From: Marsupella aquatica
Lineage: Eukaryota > Plantae > Marchantiophyta
NCBI GenBank assembly: GCA_973895155.1
Contig: OZ316897.1
Span: forward strand, 18,510,457-18,574,456
Direction: 5' to 3'
Length of the DNA stretch: 64,000 nt
Shown: positions 63,961 to 64,000 of the stretch, piece after piece
How the letters are laid out: every line of letters begins with the position of its first letter
How positions within the stretch are numbered: position 1 is the stretch's first letter
Position numbers and translations under genes: made by a program
Notes under the pieces: generated by a model
Database searches by the model: none
The model's input: only the letters and a program-made list of their open reading frames with translations
Told to the model about the DNA's origin: nothing

Positions 63961-64000
63961 GTAAGGACATGGTTTTGACGGTGGAGAACCATGAGATAGG

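Overview
Eukaryotic plant genomic DNA with spliceosomal introns; no prokaryotic features. The gene content suggests a bryophyte such as a liverwort, which is an inference. Host genes are a DUS3-like tRNA-dihydrouridine synthase (-, runs off the left edge), an intronless ParB/Srx-like toxin-fold gene (+), a UCH37/UCH2-type deubiquitinase (-), a plastid LON-N-domain protein (+), a UDP-glycosyltransferase (+) and a truncated TORNADO1-like LRR gene. About half the window is nested transposons. Copia A (26513-34927) carries a solo-LTR-like insert, a TTAA MITE, a CRE-type LINE and an antisense RNase H1 hybrid-binding-domain ORF. An old Copia B (from 43254) has a young Copia C (47864-54518) inserted in its gag. 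A large DUF7869/Sola1-like DNA transposon sits at the right end. The most unusual signals are (1) the same in-frame UGA separating gag from pol in two diverged Copia elements, (2) the ParB-like toxin-domain host gene, (3) the antisense hybrid-binding-domain ORF in Copia A, and (4) a DDE transposase fused to three CACTA-TnpA-like repeats.
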